Part shown: piece by piece, positions 38,175 through 46,813 of the stretch | Position numbering within the stretch: position 1 is the first letter of the stretch | Layout of the letters: the number at the start of each line of letters is the position of its first letter | Assembly (NCBI GenBank): GCA_963692865.2 | Contig: OY843592.1 | Coordinates: 2,400,001-2,464,000 of the forward strand | Origin: a bacterium | GTDB taxonomy: Bacteria; UBA8248 | Length of the DNA: 64,000 bases | Direction: 5' to 3' | Program-made: the position numbers and the translations under genes | The notes under the pieces: model-generated | What the model saw: only the letters and a program-made list of their open reading frames with translations | What the model was told of the DNA's origin: nothing | The model's database searches: none

Positions 38175-38380
38175 GGAAGGCGGCGGGTACAAAACTCCAT
38201 GTTTGCCGCCTCAATGAAAGGATGCTAGTCTCGCAAAATTATTGAATCGCTTCCGGGTGGTGAACGGGCGCCGCATTTTTCATGATACGTCCGGCATATG
38301 GCCTTCATTCGCGCGGCGAATCAACTGACCATCCAAACGAGGCGTACAGGGCCGCTTTCTCGACAGGAATCCTCGAATCC

Positions 38381-39190
38381 ATGTCTTCATCCGATAACGG
38401 CACGAATCCGACATTGCGCCTTCAGGGCGTCGGGAAATGGTTCGGCTCCCTGCATGTGCTCGACGACATCGACATCGACGTGAAGACCCAGGAGATTCTG
38501 ACGGTCCTCGGCCCCAGCGGGTGCGGCAAGACGACGCTTCTTCGCATCGTGAACGGACTCATTCTTTGCGAGAGGGGGGAAGTCTCCTTTAAGGGAGAAG
38601 CGGTGGACGGCCCGAGGCCCGAGATGGCCATGGTGTTTCAGAACTTCGGGCTTTTCCCCTGGAAGCGCCTCGACCAGAACATCGGTTACGCGCTCAGGAT
38701 ACAGGGCAGGGAGAAGGGCGAAATCGACCGCCTCGTGAGCCACTACACGGAACTGGTGGGCCTGGGCGGTTTCGAGGCGAACTACCCCTCACAGCTATCG
38801 GGCGGGATGCAGCAACGAGCGGGTCTTGCGAGAGCGCTCGCCGCCCAGCCCGACGTTTTGCTCATGGATGAGCCTTTCGGCGCTCTCGACGCGCTTACCC
38901 GAGAAACCTTGCAGGAGGAATTGCTGCGCATCAACGAGGCGGAGCCCAAGGCGATGATCTTCATCACCCACAGCATCGACGAGGCGCTCCTGCTGGGCGA
39001 TCGCGTTCTGGTGATGACGCCCAGGCCGGGGAGAATACGCTTTCAATTCGAAACCGGCTTCGGACGCGGCAGGGATTTGGAAGAAATCAGGGGCGGCAAG
39101 CGCTTTCAGGCGCTGCGCCATTATCTCTGGGAAGCGATGCGCAACCCGGAAGTTGAGCCCGAACCCATCCCCGAACTCGTTATTGAATAG
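38381..39190 (+). CDS. NitT/TauT-family ABC transporter ATP-binding protein
   Basis: 'GPSGCGKTT', 'LFPW', 'LSGGMQQR', 'LMDEPFGALD', 'THSIDEA'. Confidence 0.93.
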   Translation: MSSSDNGTNPTLRLQGVGKWFGSLHVLDDIDIDVKTQEILTVLGPSGCGKTTLLRIVNGLILCERGEVSFKGEAVDGPRPEMAMVFQNFGLFPWKRLDQNIGYALRIQGREKGEIDRLVSHYTELVGLGGFEANYPSQLSGGMQQRAGLARALAAQPDVLLMDEPFGALDALTRETLQEELLRINEAEPKAMIFITHSIDEALLLGDRVLVMTPRPGRIRFQFETGFGRGRDLEEIRGGKRFQALRHYLWEAMRNPEVEPEPIPELVIE

Positions 39191-39204
39191 GAGGCGCCAA
39201 ACCT

Positions 39205-40029
39205 TTGGCTACCGACGCTCCGGCGGCAACAGGCGTATCGACGGGTGAGAAGGCGTTCTGGGAGCGCATCAAGGAACCCGCCGTGTACGTGCGCCTCATA
39301 TCGCTTGTGGTCGTCATCGGCGGGTGGGAGTTGATGGGGCAGACCGGCAACATCGATCCGGTCACGTTCAGCTACCCGAGCGCCATATCCGTCGCCTTCT
39401 GGGACTTGATCGCCAGCGGCCAGATGACCGCCGCCGCGTATGAGAGTTCGCAAATCCTGGTGGCGGGCCTCCTCATCGCGATTCCGCTCGGCATCGTGCT
39501 GGGAATTCTCATGGGGCGCTTCCAGACGTTCGAATACGCCGTGGACACCTACGTGTTCGCCCTCTACGCCACGCCCGTGGTCGCGCTGGCGTTCCCGATA
39601 GCCATGGTGCTGGGGGTGGATTTCGTCGGCAAGACGACCATCGTCGTCTTCTTCGCCATTATGCCCATCATCGTGAACGTCTATCACGGCGTGCGGAACG
39701 TGGACCTCTCGCTTTTGGAGGTGACGCGCTCATTCTGCTCCACGGAGAGCCAGCGGTGGCGGGACCTGATCTTTCCGAGCGTGGTCCCGTATCTCGTCGC
39801 GGGGCTGGGTCTCGCGTGCGGACGCGCTCTCGTCGGTATGGTCGTTGCGGAGTTTCTGATGAGCATTTCGGGTCTCGGCGCGCTGAGTCAGGACTACATT
39901 GCGGATCTGGAGCTGGACAAAGGTCTCGCGCCTGTTGTCTTGTTGATGATAGTCGGTATAGCTTTAACGAAAGTGGTGAACATTTGTGAAACGAAGTTTT
40001 CATCCTGGAGGGTTCGGCAAGAGTCCTGA
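39205..40029 (+). CDS. NitT/TauT-family ABC transporter permease
   Basis: TM helices, 'GVRNVD..LLE', 'VVAEF'. Confidence 0.9.
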   Translation: MATDAPAATGVSTGEKAFWERIKEPAVYVRLISLVVVIGGWELMGQTGNIDPVTFSYPSAISVAFWDLIASGQMTAAAYESSQILVAGLLIAIPLGIVLGILMGRFQTFEYAVDTYVFALYATPVVALAFPIAMVLGVDFVGKTTIVVFFAIMPIIVNVYHGVRNVDLSLLEVTRSFCSTESQRWRDLIFPSVVPYLVAGLGLACGRALVGMVVAEFLMSISGLGALSQDYIADLELDKGLAPVVLLMIVGIALTKVVNICETKFSSWRVRQES

Positions 40030-40082
40030 TGCTTGGCGTCTTGCCGAGGCATCAATTTTCATTTCTTTTGAAGGAGCTTCAA

Positions 40083-41096
40083 ATGAAAAAGATGTGGATG
40101 GTACTAGTCGCGGCGTTCGTTCTCGCCGCAGCGATGTGGGGCGCGCCGGCGCAGTCCGTAGCCGCCGACAAGATAGTGCTCGGGATGCCCGTGCGGCCGC
40201 CGGTGATGGTGCACCTGCCCGTGTTCTACGCCTTGGACAACGACATTTTCAAGAAGCACGGCCTCGACGTGGAGATTAAATTCTTCCGCGGCGGCGTCGC
40301 CACGCACCGGGCGATAACGAGCAAGAAGAGCGGCCTGGACGCCGCCTGGGTGCCGGCCCCGATTGCGATGGTCGGCATCACGAAGGGCAGCGGCATGAAA
40401 TTCTTCCACTCCATGGCCTTCCTGAACGAAGCGCAGATGGCCGCGAACGATCAGGTGAAAAAGCCCGCCGACCTCAAGGGCAAGACCATCGGCATCGAGG
40501 GGCGCGGCGGATACAGCCACCTGGGCGCGCTCGCCGTGCTTGCGACCGCCGGCCTGGCCGACAAGGACGTGAAATACATCAAGACCCCGCCGCCGGCGCG
40601 GGTTCCGTTCCTGCTCAAGGGCAAGGCCGACGCCGTGGTCATTCACGTCGAGCAGGTTCTCGTCGTCAAGAAGAGAAAGCCCAACTTCAACAAACTGATG
40701 GACCTGTGGAAAGCCATGCCGAACTTCTTCTACGGGGCGTTCATCGCGCCTTCTTCGAAGATCAATTCGAACAAGGACGCCTACGTGCGCTTCGCCATGG
40801 CGATGATGCAGTCCAACCGCTCCATCTACAAGGACAAGGCGGGCTACCTCAAATCAGCGAACAAGTGGGTGCGCCCGGTGTACAAGAAGAACCCCGAGAT
40901 CATGTCGAAAACGTATGACGTCTTCGTGGCGGAGAAGATCTGGGGCGTCAACAACGGCATCCCCAAGGCATCGGTTTCCTTCACGGCGGACTACATGAAG
41001 CGCCTCGGAAAGATCAAGGGCAAGGTTCCCTCTTATGAGGACATCGTCGACACCAGCGTGACGAAGGCCGCGCTCGCCAAGGCCGGCAAGATTTAG
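40083..41096 (+). CDS. NitT/TauT (NMT1/SsuA-like) substrate-binding protein
   Basis: Signal peptide, 'FKKHGLDVEI', 'DLKGKTIG'; AAGGAG RBS. Confidence 0.9.
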   Translation: MKKMWMVLVAAFVLAAAMWGAPAQSVAADKIVLGMPVRPPVMVHLPVFYALDNDIFKKHGLDVEIKFFRGGVATHRAITSKKSGLDAAWVPAPIAMVGITKGSGMKFFHSMAFLNEAQMAANDQVKKPADLKGKTIGIEGRGGYSHLGALAVLATAGLADKDVKYIKTPPPARVPFLLKGKADAVVIHVEQVLVVKKRKPNFNKLMDLWKAMPNFFYGAFIAPSSKINSNKDAYVRFAMAMMQSNRSIYKDKAGYLKSANKWVRPVYKKNPEIMSKTYDVFVAEKIWGVNNGIPKASVSFTADYMKRLGKIKGKVPSYEDIVDTSVTKAALAKAGKI

Positions 41097-41115
41097 ACGT
41101 TTCAACGCGAATGAC

Positions 41116-41157
41116 ACGGGGCCGCCGCGCTCGCAAGGTGCGGCGGCCCCGTTCTTT
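41116..41157 (+). terminator. Intrinsic terminator after ABC operon
   Basis: ACGGGGCCGCCGC...GCGGCGGCCCCGT stem followed by TCTTT. Confidence 0.8.
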
Positions 41158-41180
41158 GATACAGGAAAGGGAGTGTTGAC

Positions 41181-41933
41181 GTGAAGATTGTTCTGTATTC
41201 CGACATCCACGCCCAGCTTGCGCCTCTGGATGCCGTGCAGGAGGCAGTCGCGGAGGAGAACGCGGACCGCGAGATCGTCATCGGCGATCTGGTCATGCTC
41301 GGCCCCGAACCCGCCGAGGTGGTGGAGCGCTTCATGGGGCGCAGGGACGTGGACGTTCTCGCCGGAAACCTCGACTGGTGGGTATCGAAGCGAAAAGACG
41401 AGACGGACCCGCCCAAGAACGAACACCACGTATGGCTTTACGAGATGGTGAAGATGACGCGCGCGCGCCTCTCCGCCGAGCAGATCGGCTATCTCGACGG
41501 CCTGATGTGGTCGATGACGATCACGCCCGAGCGGGGGCATGATTTCTTCATTTTCCACGCCACGCCGGACGACATCGAAGACGCGATTCCCCTGAGGTTC
41601 ACCGACGAGGAGGTGAAGGAGAAGATCAAGGGAACGGACGCCGAGATCATGGCCTTCGGCCACGTGCACGGTCCCTACGTCCGCGAAGTCGATGGGCAGA
41701 CCCTTGTCTGCACCGCAGCGGTGGGCATGAACTGGGACGGCGACTACCGCCCCGCCTATTCGGTCGTGGAATATCTGGGGGACGGCGATTGGCGCGTCGA
41801 GACCAAGCGCGTGGCGTACGACTGCGAAGCGCAGGCGAAAAAAAACGAGAACGGCTGGATGCCTCACGGCGAGCGAATCGCCAAGATGGTGCGGACCGGA
41901 GAATTCTGGAACCCGGCCCACATGCCCCACTAG
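41181..41933 (+). CDS. Calcineurin-like metallophosphoesterase (YfcE-like)
   Basis: 'SDIH', 'GDLV', 'GNLD', 'FHATP', 'GHVH'. Confidence 0.88.
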   Translation: MKIVLYSDIHAQLAPLDAVQEAVAEENADREIVIGDLVMLGPEPAEVVERFMGRRDVDVLAGNLDWWVSKRKDETDPPKNEHHVWLYEMVKMTRARLSAEQIGYLDGLMWSMTITPERGHDFFIFHATPDDIEDAIPLRFTDEEVKEKIKGTDAEIMAFGHVHGPYVREVDGQTLVCTAAVGMNWDGDYRPAYSVVEYLGDGDWRVETKRVAYDCEAQAKKNENGWMPHGERIAKMVRTGEFWNPAHMPH

Positions 41934-41940
41934 GCCGACC

Positions 41941-42690
41941 ATGCCCGTAACCGTTGATGGCGCGAGGCCGAGGGCGTGGGAGGAGCAGGTCAAGAATTTC
42001 GTCAGAAAACGCTACGCCCATCTGGCGGAGGCGCATGCGTTCCCCGAAGGAGGAGCGGAGAGGGCGCGGGAGGCGGGCTATCCCGCCCGCTTTATCGACG
42101 GACTTCCCGAGCGGGTTGCGAGTTCTTATTGCGGGTGTGGATATCTGATCGAGGGAGTCGATCTCAGCGGTGTGCGGACGGCCGTGGAGCTCGGGTGCGG
42201 CGCAGGGCTGGACGCGCGCCTCGTGAGCGAGAGACTCGATGCGGGCGCGAGCCTATTCGCGCTGGATTTCGCGCCCCAGATGCTTTATCGCGCGCGCGAG
42301 GCGTTCGAGGGAGTCCACCGAGGCGCGCGGCCCCATCTCCTGGCCGGAGATATGGAGAAGATTCCTTTCGCGGACGGCATCGCCGATATCGTGCTGGCCA
42401 ACGCCTCGTTCAACCTCACGGTGGACAAGGCAAAAGCGCTTGCCGAGGCGCACAGGATATTGAAGCCGGGCGGGCGTTTCGTGGCCCGCGAACTGATACG
42501 CGAGGGCGAATTGCCCGTCGAGATCGCCCAGGATCCCCAGGCGTGGAACGCCTCGCTCGGCGGCGTTTGCAAACAGGCCGAATGGGAATCCCTTCTGATG
42601 GACGCCGGTTTCGACGAAGTGGAAATTTCCGGTCACGCGCCGTTCCGCCCTGTGGTTTCGGTTCGCATCCATGCCCGAAGGGTTTGTTGA
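41941..42690 (+). CDS. Class I SAM-dependent methyltransferase, ArsM-like
   Basis: 'SSYCGCG', 'ELGCGAGLD', 'GDMEKIP', 'DKAKALAEAHRILKPGG'. Confidence 0.85.
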   Translation: MPVTVDGARPRAWEEQVKNFVRKRYAHLAEAHAFPEGGAERAREAGYPARFIDGLPERVASSYCGCGYLIEGVDLSGVRTAVELGCGAGLDARLVSERLDAGASLFALDFAPQMLYRAREAFEGVHRGARPHLLAGDMEKIPFADGIADIVLANASFNLTVDKAKALAEAHRILKPGGRFVARELIREGELPVEIAQDPQAWNASLGGVCKQAEWESLLMDAGFDEVEISGHAPFRPVVSVRIHARRVC

Positions 42691-42854
42691 AAAAGCCCTT
42701 GCGGGTTGGAGCAAACCACTCCCCCCTCAAGGGGGGAGTGGTTCTTCTTCCTTCATCAGTCGCCGACGCCCCTCAAGTGGAGGAACCAAATCATAAGCGT
42801 ATCCCGATTAAGAAATTCATTTCCTGTGTTTTGCGGGCACTTTTTCAATAACCC
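42680..42854. mobile_element. MITE-like element with imperfect terminal inverted repeats and an internal palindrome
   Basis: GGGTTTGTTGAAAAAG ... CTTTTTCAATAACCC; internal AACCACTCCCCCC-tcaa-GGGGGGAGTGGTT (42714-42743). Confidence 0.55.
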
Positions 42855-42868
42855 CGAGGAGAAGTAGA

Positions 42869-43966
42869 TTGAGTGAATCCTCCGCCGACGCCCTCACGCA
42901 AGAGGCGCTCTCGAACTGGTACGTGCGCCTCCTGGCGAACGGCGTCTCCTACATGGACGCTTCGGAAGTCATCCCCAGGGTGAGTTCCTGGCGTGAATGG
43001 TGCCGACTCTGGATGGAGCGCGCAGCCGTCCGCGAGCATGAAGCCCGAGAGATGGAGGAAGCGGGCAGAAAATTGAGCGCCGCCGAGGCCTATGTGCGGG
43101 CCTCTCTCGCCTATCATTTCGCCCAGTTCGTCTACCATGAGGATATCGAACTCAAGACGGAGGCGCAAAAGAGGAAGGTGGCGGCCTACCTTTGCGGCGC
43201 GCCACATCTGGAACCACCCGCCGAGCGGGTCGAAATCCCCTGGTCTGGCGGAAGAATCCTGCCGGGCATCCTGCGAATCCCGGAACGGGCGAAGGGGGCG
43301 GGCGGCGCGCCGTGCGTCGTCCTGGTCGCGGGCCTTGATTCCACGAAAGAGGAATTCTATACGCTCGAAGCAGTTTTCCACGCTCGCGGGATGGCGACTT
43401 TCGCCTTCGACGGCCCCGCCCAGGGGGAGAATGCGGACATTCAATTGCGTCCCGATTTCGAGGGCGTAGTCTCGGTCGTCATGGATCATCTGGTGGAAGA
43501 TGCGCGGCTGGACTCATCCCGCATCGGGGCCCTGGGGGTGAGCCTGGGCGGCTACTACGCGCCCCGCAGCCTCGCCCTGGAACCGCGCCTCAAGGCCGGG
43601 GTAGGCGTTTGCGGACCATACGACATGGGGGAGATATGGGAGGGCTTGCCCGCGCTGACCCGCCAGGGAGTCTGCGTCTCCTTTCAAACGGACGATGAGG
43701 AAAAAGGCGCGCTCAAATCGCAAGAAATTTCCCTGCGCGGGTGTCTGAGGGGGCTGGACAGGCCCTTGCTGCTCATACACGGCGCGAAAGACAGGCTTTG
43801 CCCGGTAGAACAGGCCCACAAGATAGCGGCGGAGGCGGGCGATGCGTGCGAACTCGTCGTCTACGAAGAAGGTGTCCACGTGTGCAACAACATTCCTTTC
43901 CTGTGGCGGCCCCTCGCGGCGGATTGGCTTGCCAGCAAACTGGGTGTGAAGAACCGGGGAAGTTGA
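42869..43966 (+). CDS. Alpha/beta hydrolase (FrsA / 2,6-dihydropseudooxynicotine hydrolase-like)
   Basis: 'GLDSTKEE', 'DGPAQGE', 'GVSLGG' nucleophile, 'HGAKD', 'GVHVCNN'. Confidence 0.88.
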   Translation: MSESSADALTQEALSNWYVRLLANGVSYMDASEVIPRVSSWREWCRLWMERAAVREHEAREMEEAGRKLSAAEAYVRASLAYHFAQFVYHEDIELKTEAQKRKVAAYLCGAPHLEPPAERVEIPWSGGRILPGILRIPERAKGAGGAPCVVLVAGLDSTKEEFYTLEAVFHARGMATFAFDGPAQGENADIQLRPDFEGVVSVVMDHLVEDARLDSSRIGALGVSLGGYYAPRSLALEPRLKAGVGVCGPYDMGEIWEGLPALTRQGVCVSFQTDDEEKGALKSQEISLRGCLRGLDRPLLLIHGAKDRLCPVEQAHKIAAEAGDACELVVYEEGVHVCNNIPFLWRPLAADWLASKLGVKNRGS

Positions 43967-43985
43967 ACGTGATCCCGGCCGCCTC

Positions 43986-44013
43986 TTGACTCTCAATGTC
44001 AGTCAGGTAAACT
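43986..44013 (+). promoter_or_regulatory. Sigma70-like promoter for tRNA-Gly
   Basis: TTGACT-16nt-TAAACT ending 13 nt before the tRNA. Confidence 0.6.
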
Positions 44014-44026
44014 TTTTCGGCTGTAT

Positions 44027-44101
44027 GCGGGAATAGCTCAGTGGTAGAGCACAACGTTGCCAACGTTGGGGTCGCGGGTTCAAATCCCGTTTCCCGCTCC
44101 A
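44027..44101 (+). tRNA. tRNA-Gly (GCC)
   Basis: GCGGGAA acceptor stem, D-arm 'AGCTCAGTGGTAGAGC', anticodon arm CAACG-TTGCCAA-CGTTG, 'GGTTCAAATCC', encoded CCA. Confidence 0.98.
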
Positions 44102-44140
44102 ATATCCATCACCTGGCGGGGAGCGCTCATGCGGTCCCCG

Positions 44141-44770
44141 CTATTTCATGGGCGAATACGCCACCGGATACCAGATTTCCGAACTTTCGCTCCGCAGATA
44201 AGGCTTGTAGCCGCTCTCCCAGCCGGGGAGGTTCGCGGCTTCTCTCTGTACGTCAGCCCAGTGGTTCATGTCCCGGTAGGGCCAGATGTGCAAAAACTCG
44301 TTCAGGATGCCGGATTCGAACTCTCCCGCCGGGTTGGCGAACGCAGCCGCCAAGGGCGAGAGGCGCTCCCTCTCGGGCAGGTTCTTTTCCCACGCCGCGC
44401 TGATGTCGCGCATCTTTCCCGTTACCATCACGTCGCTCCTGATTTCGTACACGCCCCCCATCTCTCCCGTCCGCGGTTTGGGGCAAAACGGCGCCGCCCG
44501 CATGATGCGCGTCTGCTGATATAGGATTTTCTCCACCTTGAGCGGGGGCCACCACGGCTGGGCGAGGGCTTCCGCGCGCGCCGCTTCCCTGTGGGCGGAG
44601 TTCTCGTATTCCCAGATGTGTAGAATCCGGTTCAGCCCACCGATGGCGGATATGAAAAAACCGATGCACGGGGATATGGCGGCACGCTTTTCAATTATTT
44701 TGCCGAAATCCTCCACGCCTTCCGGGGCATATCCGGCAGTGAACGTGTATGCGCGAACTTCGTAGATCAT
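44141..44770 (-). CDS. NIPSNAP-family protein (two domains)
   Basis: 'MIYEVRAYT', 'GGLNRILHIWEY', second repeat 'VYEIRS...LNEFLHIWPY', terminal 'PVAYSPMK'. Confidence 0.88.
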   Translation of the reverse strand: MIYEVRAYTFTAGYAPEGVEDFGKIIEKRAAISPCIGFFISAIGGLNRILHIWEYENSAHREAARAEALAQPWWPPLKVEKILYQQTRIMRAAPFCPKPRTGEMGGVYEIRSDVMVTGKMRDISAAWEKNLPERERLSPLAAAFANPAGEFESGILNEFLHIWPYRDMNHWADVQREAANLPGWESGYKPYLRSESSEIWYPVAYSPMK

Positions 44771-44968
44771 TGGGCATGGACTCCAGGTTATCGTGCGCAG
44801 GCTCCCTCGCAATAGACGTCGGAAAATAACCTCACAGTACGAGTTAGTGGAATATAGAAAACCAATATACTTGACGCGCACTATTCCGTGAAGCATGTTG
44901 TTTCGTTGTGCATACAAGCTTGAGATGTCTCTAAAGCCCTGCGAGCGCTCAAGAGAGAGGGAAGCACG

Positions 44969-45394
44969 GTGAGCGACGATACTCCGCGCTGGCGATACCG
45001 ATTCGACAACTACAAGCGCGCGTTTTCCCTGCTGCGCGAAGCCATCGAAATGATGGAGGATAGAGAACCGAGCCAGCTTGAAAAAGAAGGGATCATCCAG
45101 CGGTTCGAATATACTACCGAACTCGCCTGGAATCTCATGAAGGATTATCTGGAGAGTGAAAACTTCGTCTTCGAGCAAGTGACGCCCAGAGCCGTCATAC
45201 GCAAGGCCTTCGAGGCGAATTTGCTGGCGGATGGGCAGACGTGGATGGACGTGCTGGATGCGCGCAACAAAATGTCGCACAACTACGATCTGAAAAGTTT
45301 CGAGGCCGTCATCGAAGCAATCCGGAATCACTACCTTCGCGCATTCGACGCTTTGCATACAACATTTCTGGGGAAAAGTGGGGATCGGTCTTGA
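44969..45394 (+). CDS. HI0074-family HEPN protein (nucleotidyltransferase substrate-binding / toxin)
   Basis: 'RWRYRFDNY', 'EGIIQRFEYTTELAW', 'ARNKMSHNYD' (RX4H). Confidence 0.92.
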   Translation: MSDDTPRWRYRFDNYKRAFSLLREAIEMMEDREPSQLEKEGIIQRFEYTTELAWNLMKDYLESENFVFEQVTPRAVIRKAFEANLLADGQTWMDVLDARNKMSHNYDLKSFEAVIEAIRNHYLRAFDALHTTFLGKSGDRS

Positions 45395-45738
45395 ATCACG
45401 GACTCTCGGATCGTCAGCTCACGGTTTTGAAGCAAATTCTTTCGCTCTTCGCTGATGAGATCACCTCGGTCGATCTGTTCGGTTCACGGGCCACGGGCGA
45501 CTACCGCCCGAATTCGGATGTCGACCTGGTATTGAGAGGCGGCATCGAGGAAAAGCAGATCGATCGGCTGTGTACCCTGTTCCAGGAGAGCAATCTGCCG
45601 TTCAGCGTGGACGTGAAAAGCTATGAACTGACGACCTATCCACCGCTCAGAGCGCACATGGACAAGGTCTGCAAAACCCTCTTCACTCAGCAGGACCTCA
45701 AGACAGTGACTCGAAAGTCCGAGGCGTCGGGAGTCTAG
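45391..45738 (+). CDS. Minimal nucleotidyltransferase (MNT antitoxin)
   Basis: 'LFGSRATGDYRPNSDVDL', 'LPFSVDV'; TTGA overlap with the HEPN gene. Confidence 0.9.
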   Translation: MNHGLSDRQLTVLKQILSLFADEITSVDLFGSRATGDYRPNSDVDLVLRGGIEEKQIDRLCTLFQESNLPFSVDVKSYELTTYPPLRAHMDKVCKTLFTQQDLKTVTRKSEASGV

Positions 45739-45808
45739 GGGGAGACGAGAGCAACGGCCTACGTATTCTTTTCACTCATCAATCATTCTTGCGCAATCGG
45801 AGGGCACA

Positions 45809-46570
45809 ATGGACAGGGCGGTATGGGCGATCATCTATGATCTGCCAGAGGAAGGGCGGGAGGAATACATGGAGTGGTTTCACGGGGTGCACATTCCCGA
45901 AAAACTCGCTCGTCCGGGATACGTCTGGGCGGCGCACTATGAGGTGAAACACCCGGGAAAACGCTTCGAGGAAATAGCGGCGCGCCTGAACCGCACCGAT
46001 GACCCCGATCTCGCATCGGGCGCCGGATTCATTGCGCTCTTCGGCGGGGAGAGCACCCGCGTTTTCTACGACCCCAGTCCGGCGCAATTAAAAAAGCGCC
46101 AAAACGCCGAAACTCAGCATATGGTGGGGATGCGGGTTCAGGCGAGAGGCCTCATCCTTTGCGAAGAATGGCGTGTGGAAGGCCCGGATGCGGACAAGAG
46201 GGAAGCGCCCGACGTCATGGCGCCCGCCATCCAGATGGGCCGCTACGATGCGCAGGGCAACGATGAGGACCTTCAGGCCTGGTACGCCCAGGAGCGCATG
46301 GCGCGGGTCGCGGATACGCCCGGCTGCATCGGCGCGAGAAAATATCTGGTGGCCACGGCTTCGCCCAAGCATTCCGTGTTGTATGAGTACACATCTTTGG
46401 AGGCGCGGGAGGAAAACTACATCGCGCTCGAGGAGACCGAGGGGACGAAGCGCGTGCACGGGTATCTGCTCCATCCCCCCGGCTCGCCCCTGGCGGCAAG
46501 CCGCATCTGGCCGCCGCAGGATGGAAGTCCCTGGCCGAGGAAACGGCATATTTATCGGAAGAGCGAATGA
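45809..46570 (+). CDS. Hypothetical protein with two EthD/DUF4286-like dimeric alpha-beta barrel repeats
   Basis: 'EYMEWFHGVHIPEKLARPG' and 'LQAWYAQERMARVADTPG..GARKY...LYEY'. Confidence 0.65.
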   Translation: MDRAVWAIIYDLPEEGREEYMEWFHGVHIPEKLARPGYVWAAHYEVKHPGKRFEEIAARLNRTDDPDLASGAGFIALFGGESTRVFYDPSPAQLKKRQNAETQHMVGMRVQARGLILCEEWRVEGPDADKREAPDVMAPAIQMGRYDAQGNDEDLQAWYAQERMARVADTPGCIGARKYLVATASPKHSVLYEYTSLEAREENYIALEETEGTKRVHGYLLHPPGSPLAASRIWPPQDGSPWPRKRHIYRKSE

Positions 46571-46579
46571 GCGCCATTT

Positions 46580-46680
46580 TAGGGGCCGTGCACAAGAACG
46601 GCCCCTACAGGGCGGTGCGGCTTTGTTCGTCATTCCGGCGGTGGCCAATTCCGACCGAGGATGACTTTTTCAACAACCCC
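46580..46680. repeat. REP-like palindrome plus CGTC-type half-site and MITE-like end
   Basis: TAGGGGCCGT-gcacaaga-ACGGCCCCTA (from 46580), CGTCATTCCGGC (46628), TTTTTCAACA (46666). Confidence 0.6.
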
Positions 46681-46813
46681 TTCATGGGGGTTGTAAATTT
46701 TCTTTTCCTGTAGTTCGCGGGAATGGCGCCGCTTTTGCTTAAGCCCGGCCTGCGGCTTTTCCTCCCGCTTTCCGCTATAATTTCCGCAAATCCACGTTTC
46801 GAGGGTTGCGCGC

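Noticed and set aside
44771-45358. N-terminal extension of the NIPSNAP ORF
   Set aside because: Antisense to the HEPN gene; the family N-terminus begins at 44770.
44027-46700. Integrative island at tRNA-Gly
   Set aside because: No integrase and no duplicated tRNA 3' end found in the window.
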